A stretch of DNA of 63,882 bases, counting the filler, from Platydemus manokwari (taxonomy: Eukaryota), in assembly GCA_037951405.1 (NCBI GenBank). It is 5 parts of 5 records of this genome, joined end to end, with 100 filler letters (N's around TTAATTAATTAA, not from the genome) between each part and the next. Parts side by side here need not be neighbours in the genome. Positions count along the whole stretch, not along the records: positions 13,712 to 23,871 come from JBBMOY011162547.1; positions 23,972 to 33,849 come from JBBMOY011193877.1; 3 more parts are not named here. One strand, given 5' to 3'. Positions 14,320-27,400 of this stretch are shown piece after piece; positions within the stretch are counted from its first letter, which is position 1, and every line of letters starts with the position of its first letter. The notes under the pieces are model-generated. The model worked only from the letters and a program-made list of their open reading frames with translations, did no database searches and had not been told where the DNA came from. Made by a program: the position numbers and the translations under genes.

Positions 14320-15030
14320 ATGAAAGAAATCGTTTTGTTGTTGATATATCTGGGATCGCTGTCGATTATTGATACAGCTCAATATCGAGAAATTATTGGA
14401 TCCTCGGAAACGACTTCCGGTATTACACTTGCTATCGTATTCGATTCAACTGGATCGATGGGGAACGATTTAAAACAAGTCAAGTTGGGTAGTAAAAGGA
14501 TTCTAAAAAATCACTTGCATAAGAGCTATAAAAAATTTATCAAAGATTTCGTCCTGGTACAAGTCCATGATCCAGGTTGGTGGGCTTAATATTTGATGAG
14601 TTGGTTTTATAAATGAATTTAAGATGTTGGACCAGCAAAGAAAACAACATCACCGAAAACCTTCAACAAATATCTCGATTCCGTTTACACGCAAGGCGGT
14701 GGTGATTGTCCGGAAATGACAATCAGTGGTATTGAAATGGCTCTCCAAGCATCAAGACCGAATTCTTTGATTTATGTCTTCACTGACAGTAGTGCTAAAG
14801 ATCACGATATCACTCCAAGGGTTCTTGATTTGATTCAAAAGACCCAAAGTCAAGTATGGCTAACTCTGAGTGGTGAATGATTGTGAAAGATTTACTTGCA
14901 TAATTAGGTCGTTTTTGTGTTGACGGGATTTTGCAATTCCACCGAAGAAATAGGATTTCAAGTTTATCGACAAATCGCAACGATCAGTTCGGGACAAATA
15001 TACATTCTGGGTAAAGGCGATGTGAAAGAG
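14320..15030 (+). CDS. HMCN1: Hemicentin N-terminus: signal peptide plus VWA domain (exons 1-3, partial)
   Basis: Exons 14320-14575, 14624-14853 and 14908-15030 with GT-AG introns of 48 and 54 nt give 203 codons: MKEIVLLLIYLGSLSIIDT..TLAIVFDSTGSMGNDLKQV..LVQVHDPDVGP..QGGGDCPEMTISGIEMAL..IYVFTDSSAKD..LIQKTQSQVVFVLTGFC..IATISSGQIY. This is collinear with the hemicentin VWA motifs (FDVTGSM, FHDP, QGGGDCPEM, IYVFTD, QSQVVFVLTG). Confidence 0.92.
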
Positions 15031-15933
15031 GTTAATTATAATCAATGAAAGATATTTTTTAAATTTAATCAATATTTGATGAGAAAAATTCTAAGGGGTC
15101 TTGACTATTAAAAAATCGATTTTGATCAATTTAGTTATTGATAAAGATAATATTCGATATTCTAATCACCAAACAAATTATTATAATTATTACGTCATCA
15201 TTATTATAAATAAATATAAATGATCCAATTCCATATTGTCATTGAGCATTAAATAATAACAAGAGAAATGATTATAATTAATAGTGTTGTTGAGGAACAA
15301 ACAATGATGTTAATCTTAAAAACCCAATAAGAAAGTGGTTCGAATAATCATAATCCCATTCATTCATAATGTACAGGATGTTATCAAATTTTTCGTTTCC
15401 TTTTTAATTTCAATTGTAGACGTTTTTAATAATATTTTAAGAGCTTTGTAGAGAAATTTGCTTCTGTTAATTTTTGTTGAAATAAAGAATTGGGCTTTAG
15501 TTTCACAGGAAATCCTCTTTTACAATGATTTCTATAATAATCGGTTCAATGCAACAATTCAATGGAGTAGAAACAATGTTTTACCTTGGCTGTAGACGTC
15601 GATTATTTTTTTGCGCAAATAAATTTTGAATGAAATTTAGAAAATTATTGATTTGAATGAATTTTTAGTGAATATTATTTATTTATTTATTTAAATTTAT
15701 GGCACGAGTAAAGTTATTTGTAATTATTTTTATAATAATTGATTCAACCAAAATATCATTTTTAATTCAAATTATTATAATTCTTTTTCGGTAATTTTCT
15801 GAGTCGTAATTGAAGGCTTGCTATTCTAATTAGGATCCTTATAATTCATATAAGGGTCTGAATAAATTTTCTAAATTAATACAATAAATGGCTTCTATAA
15901 TATATTTGGTTGCCATAATAATATCCAATAACA

Positions 15934-16530
15934 TGTGGAAGCCCCTACTGAAAAGTCGCGACATCGAATTATATTTTAATTAAAGTTTCTCAAACAAAAT
16001 TATATTTTATAAATATTTGATTTTAAATTTTTTCCAGTTTTATTTATAAATCCTCATATCCCCTTTCTTTAAAGTCTTTAATATACTCGGAATTCTTAAT
16101 TGCCTCTGCTTCAAAATCTATAAATATTTATCTTTCTATTTCTTCTCAATTTTGTATTTCATTATATGGTGTCAATATTTTCTCTATCTTCTTTCTAACT
16201 TCTATAATTTCTCTGTATCTTCTTTAGGTCTCCACTTTTTCTTCTATATATCTTCTATACAACTCCATTGAATTTTCTTTACATCATTTCTATATCTTAC
16301 TCCATCCCTTCTATACTTTCATGTCTATGCCATTCTCAAAATCGAATCCAAATGCGTGGTCGTCATGTAAGCCGTCTTTATTTTATAAAGCATGCATCAT
16401 AAACGAACTGAAAAGTCGCGATACCAAATTATATTTCAATTACAATTCTTCAAAAAAATTAAAATTTTATGAAAATCTAATTTTAAAATTTTTCTAATTT
16501 TAATTATAAATTCTCACAACCTACACGACA
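15934..16530 (+). mobile_element. Two head-to-tail Family A LTR-like repeats
   Basis: Copy 1 runs TG(15934)...CGTCA(16365) and abuts copy 2, TGTAAGCC(16366)...ACGACA(16530); both contain CTGAAAAGTCGCGA. Confidence 0.6.
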
Positions 16531-16632
16531 GATGAACAATAAGTTTTTTATGTTTTATATTTAATTTTATATGAAATTATTATGGTTTTATTTTATTTTC
16601 TTTAAATATCAATAAATTTCATTCGATTCAGA

Positions 16633-17172
16633 TGTGCGAGTTCATTAATAATATATTAAGGATCTGGATAGTTTTCATTGTATTTTCAATGTTGATAGAG
16701 AATGGATTTAACACTACTTGAGATATAGAGCATCGTGCTTTCTCATTAAGAAATTGGATATAAATTAGTTCGACGGAAATTGGTCAAATAATCATTTATC
16801 TCCTTAGAAAACATTGTTGCATGTTTTAGATTAGAACTCTAAAACACCAAATTATCAATGTTTCAGTGCACCTATAGATGGACCCAATATAATTGTTGAA
16901 ATACCTACATGTAAACTCAAAGCCTCTTTAATCATCCATTTCCATTGAGTTTGCAATCGGCATAAAATATCATAAGTTATAATGATTATAATCCTTAAAT
17001 TAATTAAAATCGTTCAAAATTAGCATGAAGGAAGAAATAGGTTATATGTTTCATCAGATTTTAATCATAATTTAGATTTAAAAAGCTCGATATTTTGGAT
17101 GAAGAAAATCGTACCATCAATTATTGTCTGTGATTTCATAAATATTTATAAATCTTTTCCATCTGTAGAATA
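16633..17172 (+). pseudogene. Possible decayed secreted-protein gene
   Basis: MCEFINNILRIWIVFIVFSMLIENG (signal-like) followed by in-frame stops; later exon-like block NSKTPNYQCFSAPIDGPNIIVEIPT ends at a GT donor. Confidence 0.25.
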
Positions 17173-17932
17173 GATTTTATTACTTAAATAATATTTCACT
17201 GGATCTTTAGAGTGTTAAGTAGTAAATGAAAATAGATAATGAAGTTCAATGATGAAGTATAAAGCTCGATTTCATCAGTATGGAATTTTAGAAAGTCTAA
17301 TCTTTAAATTTGTGATGAATTGCATAAAATCGAGAGAATTTTCTTTCTGTTTTTACTACAATGATAAATTGTATTTAATCAATTTAAAGAGCGATAAAAT
17401 TTTCTTTTGTTTATCATTTATATTCGATTGTAGTAAAGTTAATCAGAAAATGAATACATTAAAAGAAAGTATATGTGTTAGGAATAACTCAAGCATGTTT
17501 TACAGAGGATTAAATTTATCAGAAATATTAAGTTAAGAAAATCAATTGTAGGAGCAATTAAAATATAAAAATTAAGAAAATTATCTACCGATAATAAATG
17601 AAGCTTTAAGATCAATACTGGAGTTAAACTTATTAGAAGTAAAATTTATTATATTATTTCATAAAATACTTCACATTCAATCATTATATATAAAGATTGT
17701 TCATATAAAATCACTGAACATAAACCTTATGTATTCGTCATTAAAATAAACCGGTTTACAATGGTAAATCATTTTTAAAAGATATTTGAACATCCCAACA
17801 TAGGAAATGATATTATATTGTTGAAGAAAGCATGTTATAGATCTTTTGCTATATTGATAAAAATAATTTTTTCAGATAATATTAATAACTATAACGACAA
17901 ATATAACATAATAAAAGTAATAACAAGGTATA

Positions 17933-18110
17933 TGTTAGCCGTTACTATTTTAAAAACCATACATTAAAAACGAACTGAAAAGTCAAGACAACAAAAATCT
18001 ATTTAAATACAAATAAATTTAATTTTGTATAAATATGATTTTATATAAAATTATAATTAAATTTGAATAAAATGTGAATTAAAAATTTAATTCATATAAA
18101 GTATCTCACA
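17933..18110 (+). mobile_element. Family A short LTR-like repeat (TG...CA)
   Basis: TGTTAGCCGTTACTATTTTAAAAACC...AACGAACTGAAAAGTCAAGAC...GTATCTCACA; closely matches the reverse complement of 51770-51844. Confidence 0.65.
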
Positions 18111-18350
18111 GTCATATTGAAAATTATACCAAAAATGGAAATGGTTTTAGTGATTATATTATAGCTATTATTTTTATTGTAATTTACTTTTTTAATACAT
18201 CTATTGGAAATAATTATTAAATAGATTTAGTTAAACAATTAAAACAAAATATTAAAAATAATTTAGATAATATAGAAAGCACGAATTTAATCTTGTATTT
18301 TATTACAACTCTCGAAAAATAAATAATATTATTTTTTATATTTATTTTAG

Positions 18351-18588
18351 AGAACGAATGAAATTAGAGATGGAAACTGTTAAAGCATATTTAGAAAATC
18401 AATCACTCACTAGAAGAGTCGAAAAGCGAATAGAGAATTCTGCTCTCGATCTTCAATTACTTCAACAAACTAATAACAGGATGAATATTTCCAAAATGAG
18501 AGTAGAGAAATTGAAATCAATTCGTCGGTTGGTTTCTTGTCCTCAATTGCCCGTTATTGAACTAATTGTTGAATCCGTACCGACTTGA
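18351..18588 (+). CDS. Terminal coding exon of an unknown gene
   Basis: Strong TTTATTTTAG acceptor, phase 2, ERMKLEMETVKAYLENQSLTRRVEKRIE...SCPQLPVIELIVESVPT*; upstream exons not identified. Confidence 0.6.
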
Positions 18589-19896
18589 TATTTTATTATA
18601 CATCGATTGCTTTATCTGACATTTTAATCGATTGTGTTTCTCCGTGGTTTTATATCGGTTTATGAGATTAAATTTCGTGATTTTTATCATTATCTCCTGA
18701 AAACATTGTTTTCGTTTAAACTTTATGGATATATCGATTTTTATTCAAAATGTTGTTTTCAATGATAAGTTTATCAATATCGAATTGATCAATTCTCCAA
18801 ATTGAATTCGACTTCCAGTGAATCGGTTGACTTGATTTGTGATCGATTGTTTTAATTTTTGCCGTGGCTGTGCTTTTGTATTTTTAACTGTAATTTTCAT
18901 AAATATCATATTAAAACATACGAATTTCTAAAATTGTGTTCATAAATCTTTTACAATATACTTGAGAAATAATAAAAAAACGAAAGAAATAAAACAATTA
19001 GCTGATTATTTTTAAGCTTGTTAGGTATGCTAGGAATTGGAGAATGAGAGTAGAAAATCTGAATGAGCTTGAACGAAAATCAATAACATCTGAGATATAC
19101 TGTGAAGCACTCATACATAGGAAAAAAATATTGAGAATAATACGGTGATATTTAATTATAAGAGGTGAATTAGAATTGATTTGAGTAATGCAGTTATGAG
19201 TTCTATTTATGTAATGAGGATTTGATATCATAACTGTTACTGATAAGTTGAAAAAATTACGCAACAGATCTAATGGTGGACTACAAGTATTTTCAGTAAA
19301 CCATCATAACTATTTTATACCTAAAGCGAATATATTATTCATTAGAATGTAACCAATATAAGGTCCGCCATCGGTTAAGGTCCGATCTCTTAATTAAATA
19401 AATGTTTTACTATACTTGTAAAGTGCAGTTTCAAATACTTAAAAAATAAAATAATTAAAATGGGTTTTTCATTCGACAATCGTTGATCCTAACTATATCT
19501 TATTGGATGTAAAGTATTATAATATATTCTCAAATATTACAGGTTTCTGATTCCTATTTATTAGTATTACTCATATTTAAAACTGAGATTGTGACTAAGA
19601 GCTTTATTGACACAAACAACGGTACTTATGGCTACCATAATAGAAAAACAGAAACATTTCCCTCTCTTTACCTGGCTTTAGACCACATTTGCTAAAAAAT
19701 TTATAACTTAGAGTTTCTTAGTGTTACAAGTGCTCACCTTTATTTTTTGATGGACAAATTATCGAGATTCCAATGGATGTTAATTTTTGAAGGCTTGCGA
19801 TTGGTCAATCCTTTGTGTCTGTAAGATTGAAATAATATTTATATTTATTTATTCAAAAGTAATTAAAAATATATTATAATTAAAATAAATACATAC

Positions 19897-19928
<32 letters not shown>

Positions 19929-20888
19929 TCACGCACACATATATATGCATAGTTTTTGAATTTTTTAAGATTTTTAATGACAAGATTCAAAAATTGGAGA
20001 TATATAATATCAAATTAAATTTTAAAATAAATGATAAAGTAAAAAGAAATTCATAATTTTTGTTTGATATAAGCTTGTAATTCTTCTTTTATAGATTGTT
20101 TTGAAATATTAATATTGGTACATCTGATATAAAAATTGTTGAAATCGATTGCTTTGCTTCGTAAATTTATTTTAAATCTTTAGAAGACAATAGCAATATA
20201 TTGGTTTGATTCTAAACTTGAAAATATCGAAATGAAAATAAAAATATTAATTTGTATAAGAATATAAATTACTTGTAAAAATTGTAACATCTTGTACAGA
20301 AAATTACATTTATATGTATAATTTAATAGAATACAAGTCTAATTATTTATCAAATAAGATTTCTGTAAGTTGTCGACGTCTATTAATAGAAAAATTTATC
20401 AAAATATTAATGATCTCTATTCATGGAGAATTATTTTGTCTTAGAAGTTCTCATATAAACAATATTTTTCTTGATTCGTTATTCATGTAACGATTTTTAT
20501 CCAATATTTTAGTTTACGTGATTACATAAGAACTTATTTGGGGTTAAGATACTGATATGATGATAAATAAACCTAATTTTTGATAAAATAATAACCATAA
20601 TTTTTCAGAATAGCATAAGAATAATGTTTTTAAACTTCAAATTATTTATTTTTAAATTTGTTTTATACATAAGTCATCTATAGAATAATAAAATTAAATT
20701 AATATCTGGTGTATAGGGTAACATTAAAGGAATTTAAGGTACGAAATAAAAAAAAATAAAAAATTAAATTAATCAGAATTTAAATTTTGAAGGGAAGTTT
20801 CTTTAATTAGTTCAGCGTACCTTAAAAATGTACTTTTATAAAATTAAAATTTTCTTTTATGAAATATACTTTTGAGAAATAATTGCAG

Positions 20889-21767
20889 AAATAATTATCC
20901 AAACCTGTCACCTGAAGAAATTCGGATGTTGCAAGGAATGTAAGTGTTGTTATATTATGATATCCATGCAACGAGTATCATAATTTTCGTTGCCAGGAGT
21001 AATGATGAAGTGATGGAATATTTGAAAAGCAATGGTCATATCAATGTTAATGATCATTATTCGGCGGAAAATGGTTCACAGAACATCATAATTATAAGTC
21101 CTGATTCAATGTACGAAGAAAGTGGTCCACAGAGATCGTTGGGAGTTAGTAAATTCTTTTTACATAAAAATTTAGGGATAAAACTAAATTTACAGGCTAA
21201 CAAATTCGATTCCATTCCTACTGTGAAGCTTGAAGATTCAGATTTCGATGACTCTCAAATGTCCGATATGGAGAAATGTAAATTATATTTTGACTTCATT
21301 GTTAATAATTTGTCCTAAATTCATCAAATATCTGACCTGTCAGCTTATTATGTATTTACATGGGTTATTATCAATAAATCTTATGTATATGTTGATAATT
21401 TATTTTTCAATTGTTCCTCTGAAACACGTCATTCAATTGTATTTATATTCTGACTTTATTTGGGAAAAAATATTTTTATAGATGAATTGAAATATTAATA
21501 ACTGTCTCAGTATTTATTTGGTTGATAAATGAAGAATAACTGGATGTAAATTTGGAATATTTTTAGTGGTTTTCATTCTTGTTTACTTTAGATTTCATGC
21601 CGTTAACAAACAAAAACGAAGATATCTCCACCAAATCAGATGTACACCAGCTCCATATACATCGAAATAATAAAATCAGAAGCCAATACAAATCAGTAGT
21701 AAAAGTAAAACAAGACAAGTCTTGTTCTTTAACACCTCCTATAAGTGATGATGCAAATCAATGTTAG
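20889..21767 (+). CDS. 3' part of an unknown gene (4 exons)
   Basis: Exons 20889-20939, 20997-21144, 21196-21277 and 21592-21767 splice in frame with GT-AG: NNYPNLSPEEIRMLQGMSNDEVMEYL...SLG|ANKFDSIPTVKLEDSDFDDSQMSDMEK|YFMPLTNK...DDANQC*. Confidence 0.72.
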
Positions 21768-22099
21768 CACCTCTTATCGTATTGAATTAAAATAGCCTTA
21801 CATATATCCAATTCCGTTATAACGATTGTAAAATCCCCTTTATATTGCAGTTATTTTTAGAGTTTTCAATAAGTTTAAAACGAATTTTTAAGAGCACTAC
21901 AAATTAATTGTTTTTTTGAAAAGATTTGTCATAATTTGTTGTTTTGTTAATCATATTTCAGCAATATAATTCTGGTAATATTTTAAAATAATTTTATCTT
22001 TGATTAATGATTGGGTTACCAATAAAATAACCAGCGAAACAAATTAATTTGAAAAAGAAACTTAAACATTTTCTTAAATTCATACATTTAAATAACATT

Positions 22100-23490
22100 G
22101 CGGGATTTGGTTGTCATGGTGACTGTCGCTATCACAATAGACATTCACGGCTTAGAGATAAAATATAATCAAACTTCTGAGCGAATTGTTGAATAGCAAT
22201 GTTGAGATCATATCTAATAACAATGCGTAGAAAAAATCGATCTATTAATGAGGTTGTCAATTTTTTCAATATTTATAACCAATTCAGGCATCATTATTCT
22301 CGCAACTAGAGACTAATATAGAGGTATTTTGATAAAATCAATGTAAAATCCTAATAAGATTTTGAAAAATTGAATGAATGATATAACAACAATACTTCAA
22401 GACGATATTTAAAGCCATTGTTTTCTCATACGATAATCCTCAAAATCAGTTCAAAATGGAAAATTTATCATGCAGCATGATTGTAATCGTTTAATTTGTT
22501 TAGATCAACATTACATGGGTCTAATTGAAAAATATCAACTTCACAGATTAGAAGTAGAATCAAGAAAAGAAGATCTGGTTAGAAGAGCTAAACAATTATT
22601 CGTTAAAACTTCGAATCAGAAAAATATTGGTTAGTAAATCAGCTCATTCATTTAACTATGAAATCATGGTGATTGTCAATTGTCCAGTCAATGATAGGAA
22701 TCATCTGAACACTTCGTTATTTCATTATTATTTGTTTTGATGAATTATGATGAAAAATTCTATTTTCCTTACTCTTTCAGTAAAAAGTCATTTAATTATA
22801 ATTTAAAATAATTAAAGATATTTAAATATAATATATTAATATAATTTTATAATTATTTATTATTAATAATTAATAATCTTATTAATATCAGTGATGATAA
22901 ATATATTTGACATATTGTCGTGAATTTGAATCCCCAAAAGATCAAATTATGCAAAGATAAATTGGATTTCTTATTTGATTATGATGAATAAGATGATCCC
23001 TAATTATGCTTATAGATTGTGCTGTATGTTTAAATATGGCCTACACATGATTCACTCACTACCTTAAAATAGTACCTTTAAGATCACCAAAATATATTCT
23101 ATATTCTAGAATTACGAATCATATTAATCATTAAGTTTAAAAGTTTCAAACATCTATTTATTGATTATCTGATAGATCTAGACAGCAAAGAAGTCTTGGA
23201 TAAATCTTTTTTGAAACCATGTCTGAAATTTTCAAATGGAATTGTTCGGGAAAGAAAAGCGAACAAAAGTTTAAAATAAACAAAAAAATGATATATTCAG
23301 AGGTTATCATATAATCCGTCATAATATTACATTTATTATTCCTAAATCATGAATAAAAAACTTTTCAACTTGCCAAACCTGATATTGTTCACTTTCGATT
23401 TCAATGTGAATGAATAGGTTCTCCGGACATAAACTGTCAACCATATTAAAATATGATCGCCAAATTAACAAGCTCAAATAACAGGGAATA
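22100..23490 (+). pseudogene. Decayed multi-exon gene or genes
   Basis: Exon-like blocks ASLFSQLETNIE (22288-22323), DQHYMGLIEKYQLHRLEVESRKEDLVRRAKQLF, DDKYI*HIVVNLNPQKIKLCKDKLDFLFDYDE* and KKLFNLPNLILFTFDFN, with splice sites and internal stops. Confidence 0.4.
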
Positions 23491-23644
23491 TGTTTATGTT
23501 TTCATATTGAATATTATTATGATTTATATATCCATTATAATTATAATGGATTTTTATGAAATGCGATGGAATCAAGATTCCTTCAGTGATTATGATTTCT
23601 CATAATCATAATTTCAAATAATTTGATTCTAGGTATTGTAATTA

Positions 23645-23812
23645 TAATGTATTTGCACTTTTATATCTTGTACTCTAATATGTTGTCCTTTTCTATATAT
23701 TTTACCTGTATATATTGTTCTTGTATATATTGAACTTGTATATATTGTGGTTTCAAATATTGTGTTTGTATATGTTGCGCTTATATATAGTGCTTGTATT
23801 GGGTGTATAACC
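23645..23812. repeat. 15-bp tandem array ending TATAACC; possibly one subterminal end of a Mutator-like DNA transposon
   Basis: Units such as TATATATTGTTCTTG, TATATATTGAACTTG, TATATATTGTGGTTT; no partner inverted end found. Confidence 0.55.
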
Positions 23813-23871
23813 TTAAAATTTCGATTTGATAAAAGATGTCGCTGGGAGTATTGCTTGCATATAATGTCGTA

Positions 23872-23971
23872 NNNNNNNNNNNNNNNNNNNNNNNNNNNNN
23901 NNNNNNNNNNNNNNNTTAATTAATTAANNNNNNNNNNNNNNNNNNNNNNNNNNNNNNNNNNNNNNNNNNNN
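23872..23971. other. Artificial scaffold linker
   Basis: N44-TTAATTAATTAA-N44. Confidence 0.95.
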
Positions 23972-24469
23972 AATTTATAACTTAATTATTTATATTTATT
24001 CATTTTTAATTAATGATATGTAAATATTTTTACAAATTCATTATTTCTTTTTTAGGTCACTAATAGTTTTTATCAATTAGATATTAGTTAATTAATTATA
24101 ATATTTATTGTATATTAATTTTTATTTAAATAATTATTTTAATTAATTAATAAATAATAATTAATTTTATTTATAATTAATTATTTATTATGTTTCTTAA
24201 TTGGTTACTTATTATTTTATTTCATATAATTTAGTTATTGATTAAATTAATAATTTATATATTACTAATTAGTTAATATTAATCTATTAATTAATTAATT
24301 AAATTGTAAGTTAATTAATTTTATTTTACTCAATTATTTTGATTAAATAAAATTGGTTATATTATTTTGTGAATTATGAATCAGAATTGAATAATTATAA
24401 ATTATTATTAATTATATTTATATTGGCATTGTGACATGGGAAATATATGGATTGTGTTTATCACTCTAG

Positions 24470-27400
24470 AATTGTTATCTGCTGCACAAATCTATTAATA
24501 TTGATGTTCCTAACATGTTCTGTGACATCGAGAAATTGTTCCAAGTCGAATCCAAAATTGACAATTGTAATATGAACTCTACAAATCAATTATCACCAAA
24601 ATTGGTGCCAATATTAAAGCTTTGTCAATTACAATGGAACAATCTCAAATCATCAAATCCCGATTATTATTTACATCAAAATAAATTTTATAAAAATGAT
24701 TTCAAAACCACTGATGAATCGGTTCAATGGCGACATTTCTTTGAGTTAGTTCTCAATCATCACAATGTCGTTCGAGAATTACAGGAAGATTTCATTCGTT
24801 TAAAATATAATGTAAGCACTACACATCAAATAGATAGAATCAATAAATGACAATTTGGGATTGATTTGTAGATCAAATCCATCGATTTAATGTCGAAAAT
24901 ATTTGCTGATCACGGTTGTCAGTTACGCGTTGATGGCAAACCTGTCCAGATTCATACATCGAGAATCACATTGAAGAAAGGCGAGATCTATATCCCCATT
25001 AATTTCCACATTACTAAACCATCGAAAGCCATGTTTTTCACTATTGAACGCAATCAGGATCAAAATGTCGATTATACTAAACGCTATAAAGAACTGAAAT
25101 CGGCAATGGTATCGAACTTCTATGGGAAATTTGACAGCCATATTCATTCCGGAGATCAAAAATCATCAAAATTAATGAAGGATAATTCTGTTCGAGCTAT
25201 TCAAATCACTCCACTTGTTAATAATACCACCGCTTCTAATTGTTTCAAAATTGTTTCATCCAATCGTATTTTTGTTCCCAAATCTAATTCCTTGATCAAT
25301 TCGTCAATTCTCGCCTCGACTATTTCTCAAACTGCCAATCAACCGACACTCGTCAAGTTGCGAGTATGTTTAATTTAATTTTTCATTCATAAATTTTATA
25401 ATCATAACGAATGTTGCTATTAACGACTTTATTTTATCATTTTATTTATTTTATAATAATATTAATAATTATTTTTAAGGCTATTGACGATTAATATCGA
25501 TTAAAATTATCTGGTCCATACCAGCAAAACAACAATGATATTAAAGGAATTTAATATAAAATTAAAAACAATACTAAATATCGGAATGGTTTTGATCATC
25601 AGCTATAATTATTCAAACCAGACCAGTAAATGTATAGCGTTTGTGTGTTGTATTAATTCCAGCCAATCAATTTTAACCACATTTGGTGAAGTGATATTAA
25701 AATTATCATTAAAAGAAAATACTCTATTATTTTAATAATATTAATTTGAAATGAATTATTAATATTATTTTCGATGTTTAGGTGATATTATCCGGATTTT
25801 ATGCTTTTTAAAACAATAATAATAATTATTATTGATATTTTTTAGATATAATTTCTATATCTAGTGTAATAATAATAATAATAAATTAAAAAATATTATT
25901 GGAAGTATTTAATCCAAAGATTTCCGATAAATTTATTTGATGATGCCATGGGGTCAAAATATCAATTCATTGGAAATAAAATCTTTTGACTATTATTTAT
26001 AATATGAAGTTATGAATGTAAGATTAAAGAGACAAGGCTTGTCGAACAATTAAAAATTGGTCTTAAACAATGACAAGCAAAGATACTTTGAATTTTTATA
26101 CCAGTTAGCAGCTGCTATTTTATAAAATACGAAGTGGAAACCAATATACGAACTTCAAAGCATAAAAGTATATTTAATCCTAATATTCAAAAAAATTAAA
26201 TTGCTCATTTATATTTTTAATGTCAATATATTTTATATTTAAAATGATCATTTCAACGTTGATTTGGCTTCAAAATCATCACAATACTGCTTATAATTTT
26301 TCGAAAATAAATTATCAATCAATATTTATTTGTTCTTTGTGTAAATTCTATTTTATTTATTTCATCGGTTTAGTCAGCTAAATAAGATTACATTTGTTAA
26401 AGAAATATTTAAAATTTTTAAAAATGAAGCTTGATTTAGCAAATAACAAGTAATCAATAGAAAGTGGTGAATTCGATTATACTGATATTAATAGAGGTGA
26501 TACTAACTGAGTTTGATTGCATATATATAATTCACTAAGAAATAACCACTAATATTAATATTATCTATTATTTTAGAAAACATATATTATTATTAAGATA
26601 TTTTTATTATTTTAAATGTTTATATTGATTTTATTATTGGTATTATTGTGTGATTAGTAATAATTTTACACATCCAGCAGCGCAAACAAGATTTCACAAG
26701 CCACAAAACTCAATCTCGAATATATAATTTTATGAAACAGAAACAAATCTCATTGTTAAATTTGCCTTTCCTAATTTTGGAACAAATTCTAACATCTCCG
26801 AATCTCAGCACGCAGGATAAGCTCAATTGCCGAGTGGCGAGTAGAGTGTTGAAATGTATTGTCGATGGTGGTCAAGTGGTATGTTTTTATGGTTTATAGT
26901 GACATGTTTTGATTATTATTCATATTTTTTATTTTATATAATTAATTCCATTATTGAAGTGATTGTTTATATTTTAATATTATTTATAATCGATCATTAT
27001 AGAAGCGATTATGGAGTATGTGATCTTCATCTTTTATTATAAAATTATTTATAAAGGTTTATTTTATATGGGTAACAGAAGTAGAGATAATATATCGATT
27101 TATTATTATTATTAAATTATATCTATTGGGTCATTTATTCTCAACAAGCTTTTTATCAATATCTTACTGAATTATGAAATATAAATAAAAAATAATCGAC
27201 CATAACAATTCGAGTTTTATTGCACTATTTAGCTCGATTATATTTAATATATCAGTTGTGTACTGAGTTGAAATTTCTGAGATGAGATTAAAACAAATAG
27301 ATAGCATTTGGCATGAAGCCAATTACTATTAACCAATATTTATGTTGTTGAATTTTAAATATGTTTATTTATTAAGAGTTATTTTGAACCGACCATAATT

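Noticed and set aside
14860-15072. Minus-strand 70-aa ORF (and the similar ORF at 24923-25159)
   Set aside because: Antisense shadows of real exons
17249-17536. 95-aa AT-rich ORF and similar short F/I/L/K/N-rich ORFs
   Set aside because: Composition typical of random AT-rich DNA; no splice or motif support
23645-23812. CRISPR-like array
   Set aside because: Contiguous degenerate 15-mers without spacers, in a eukaryotic context
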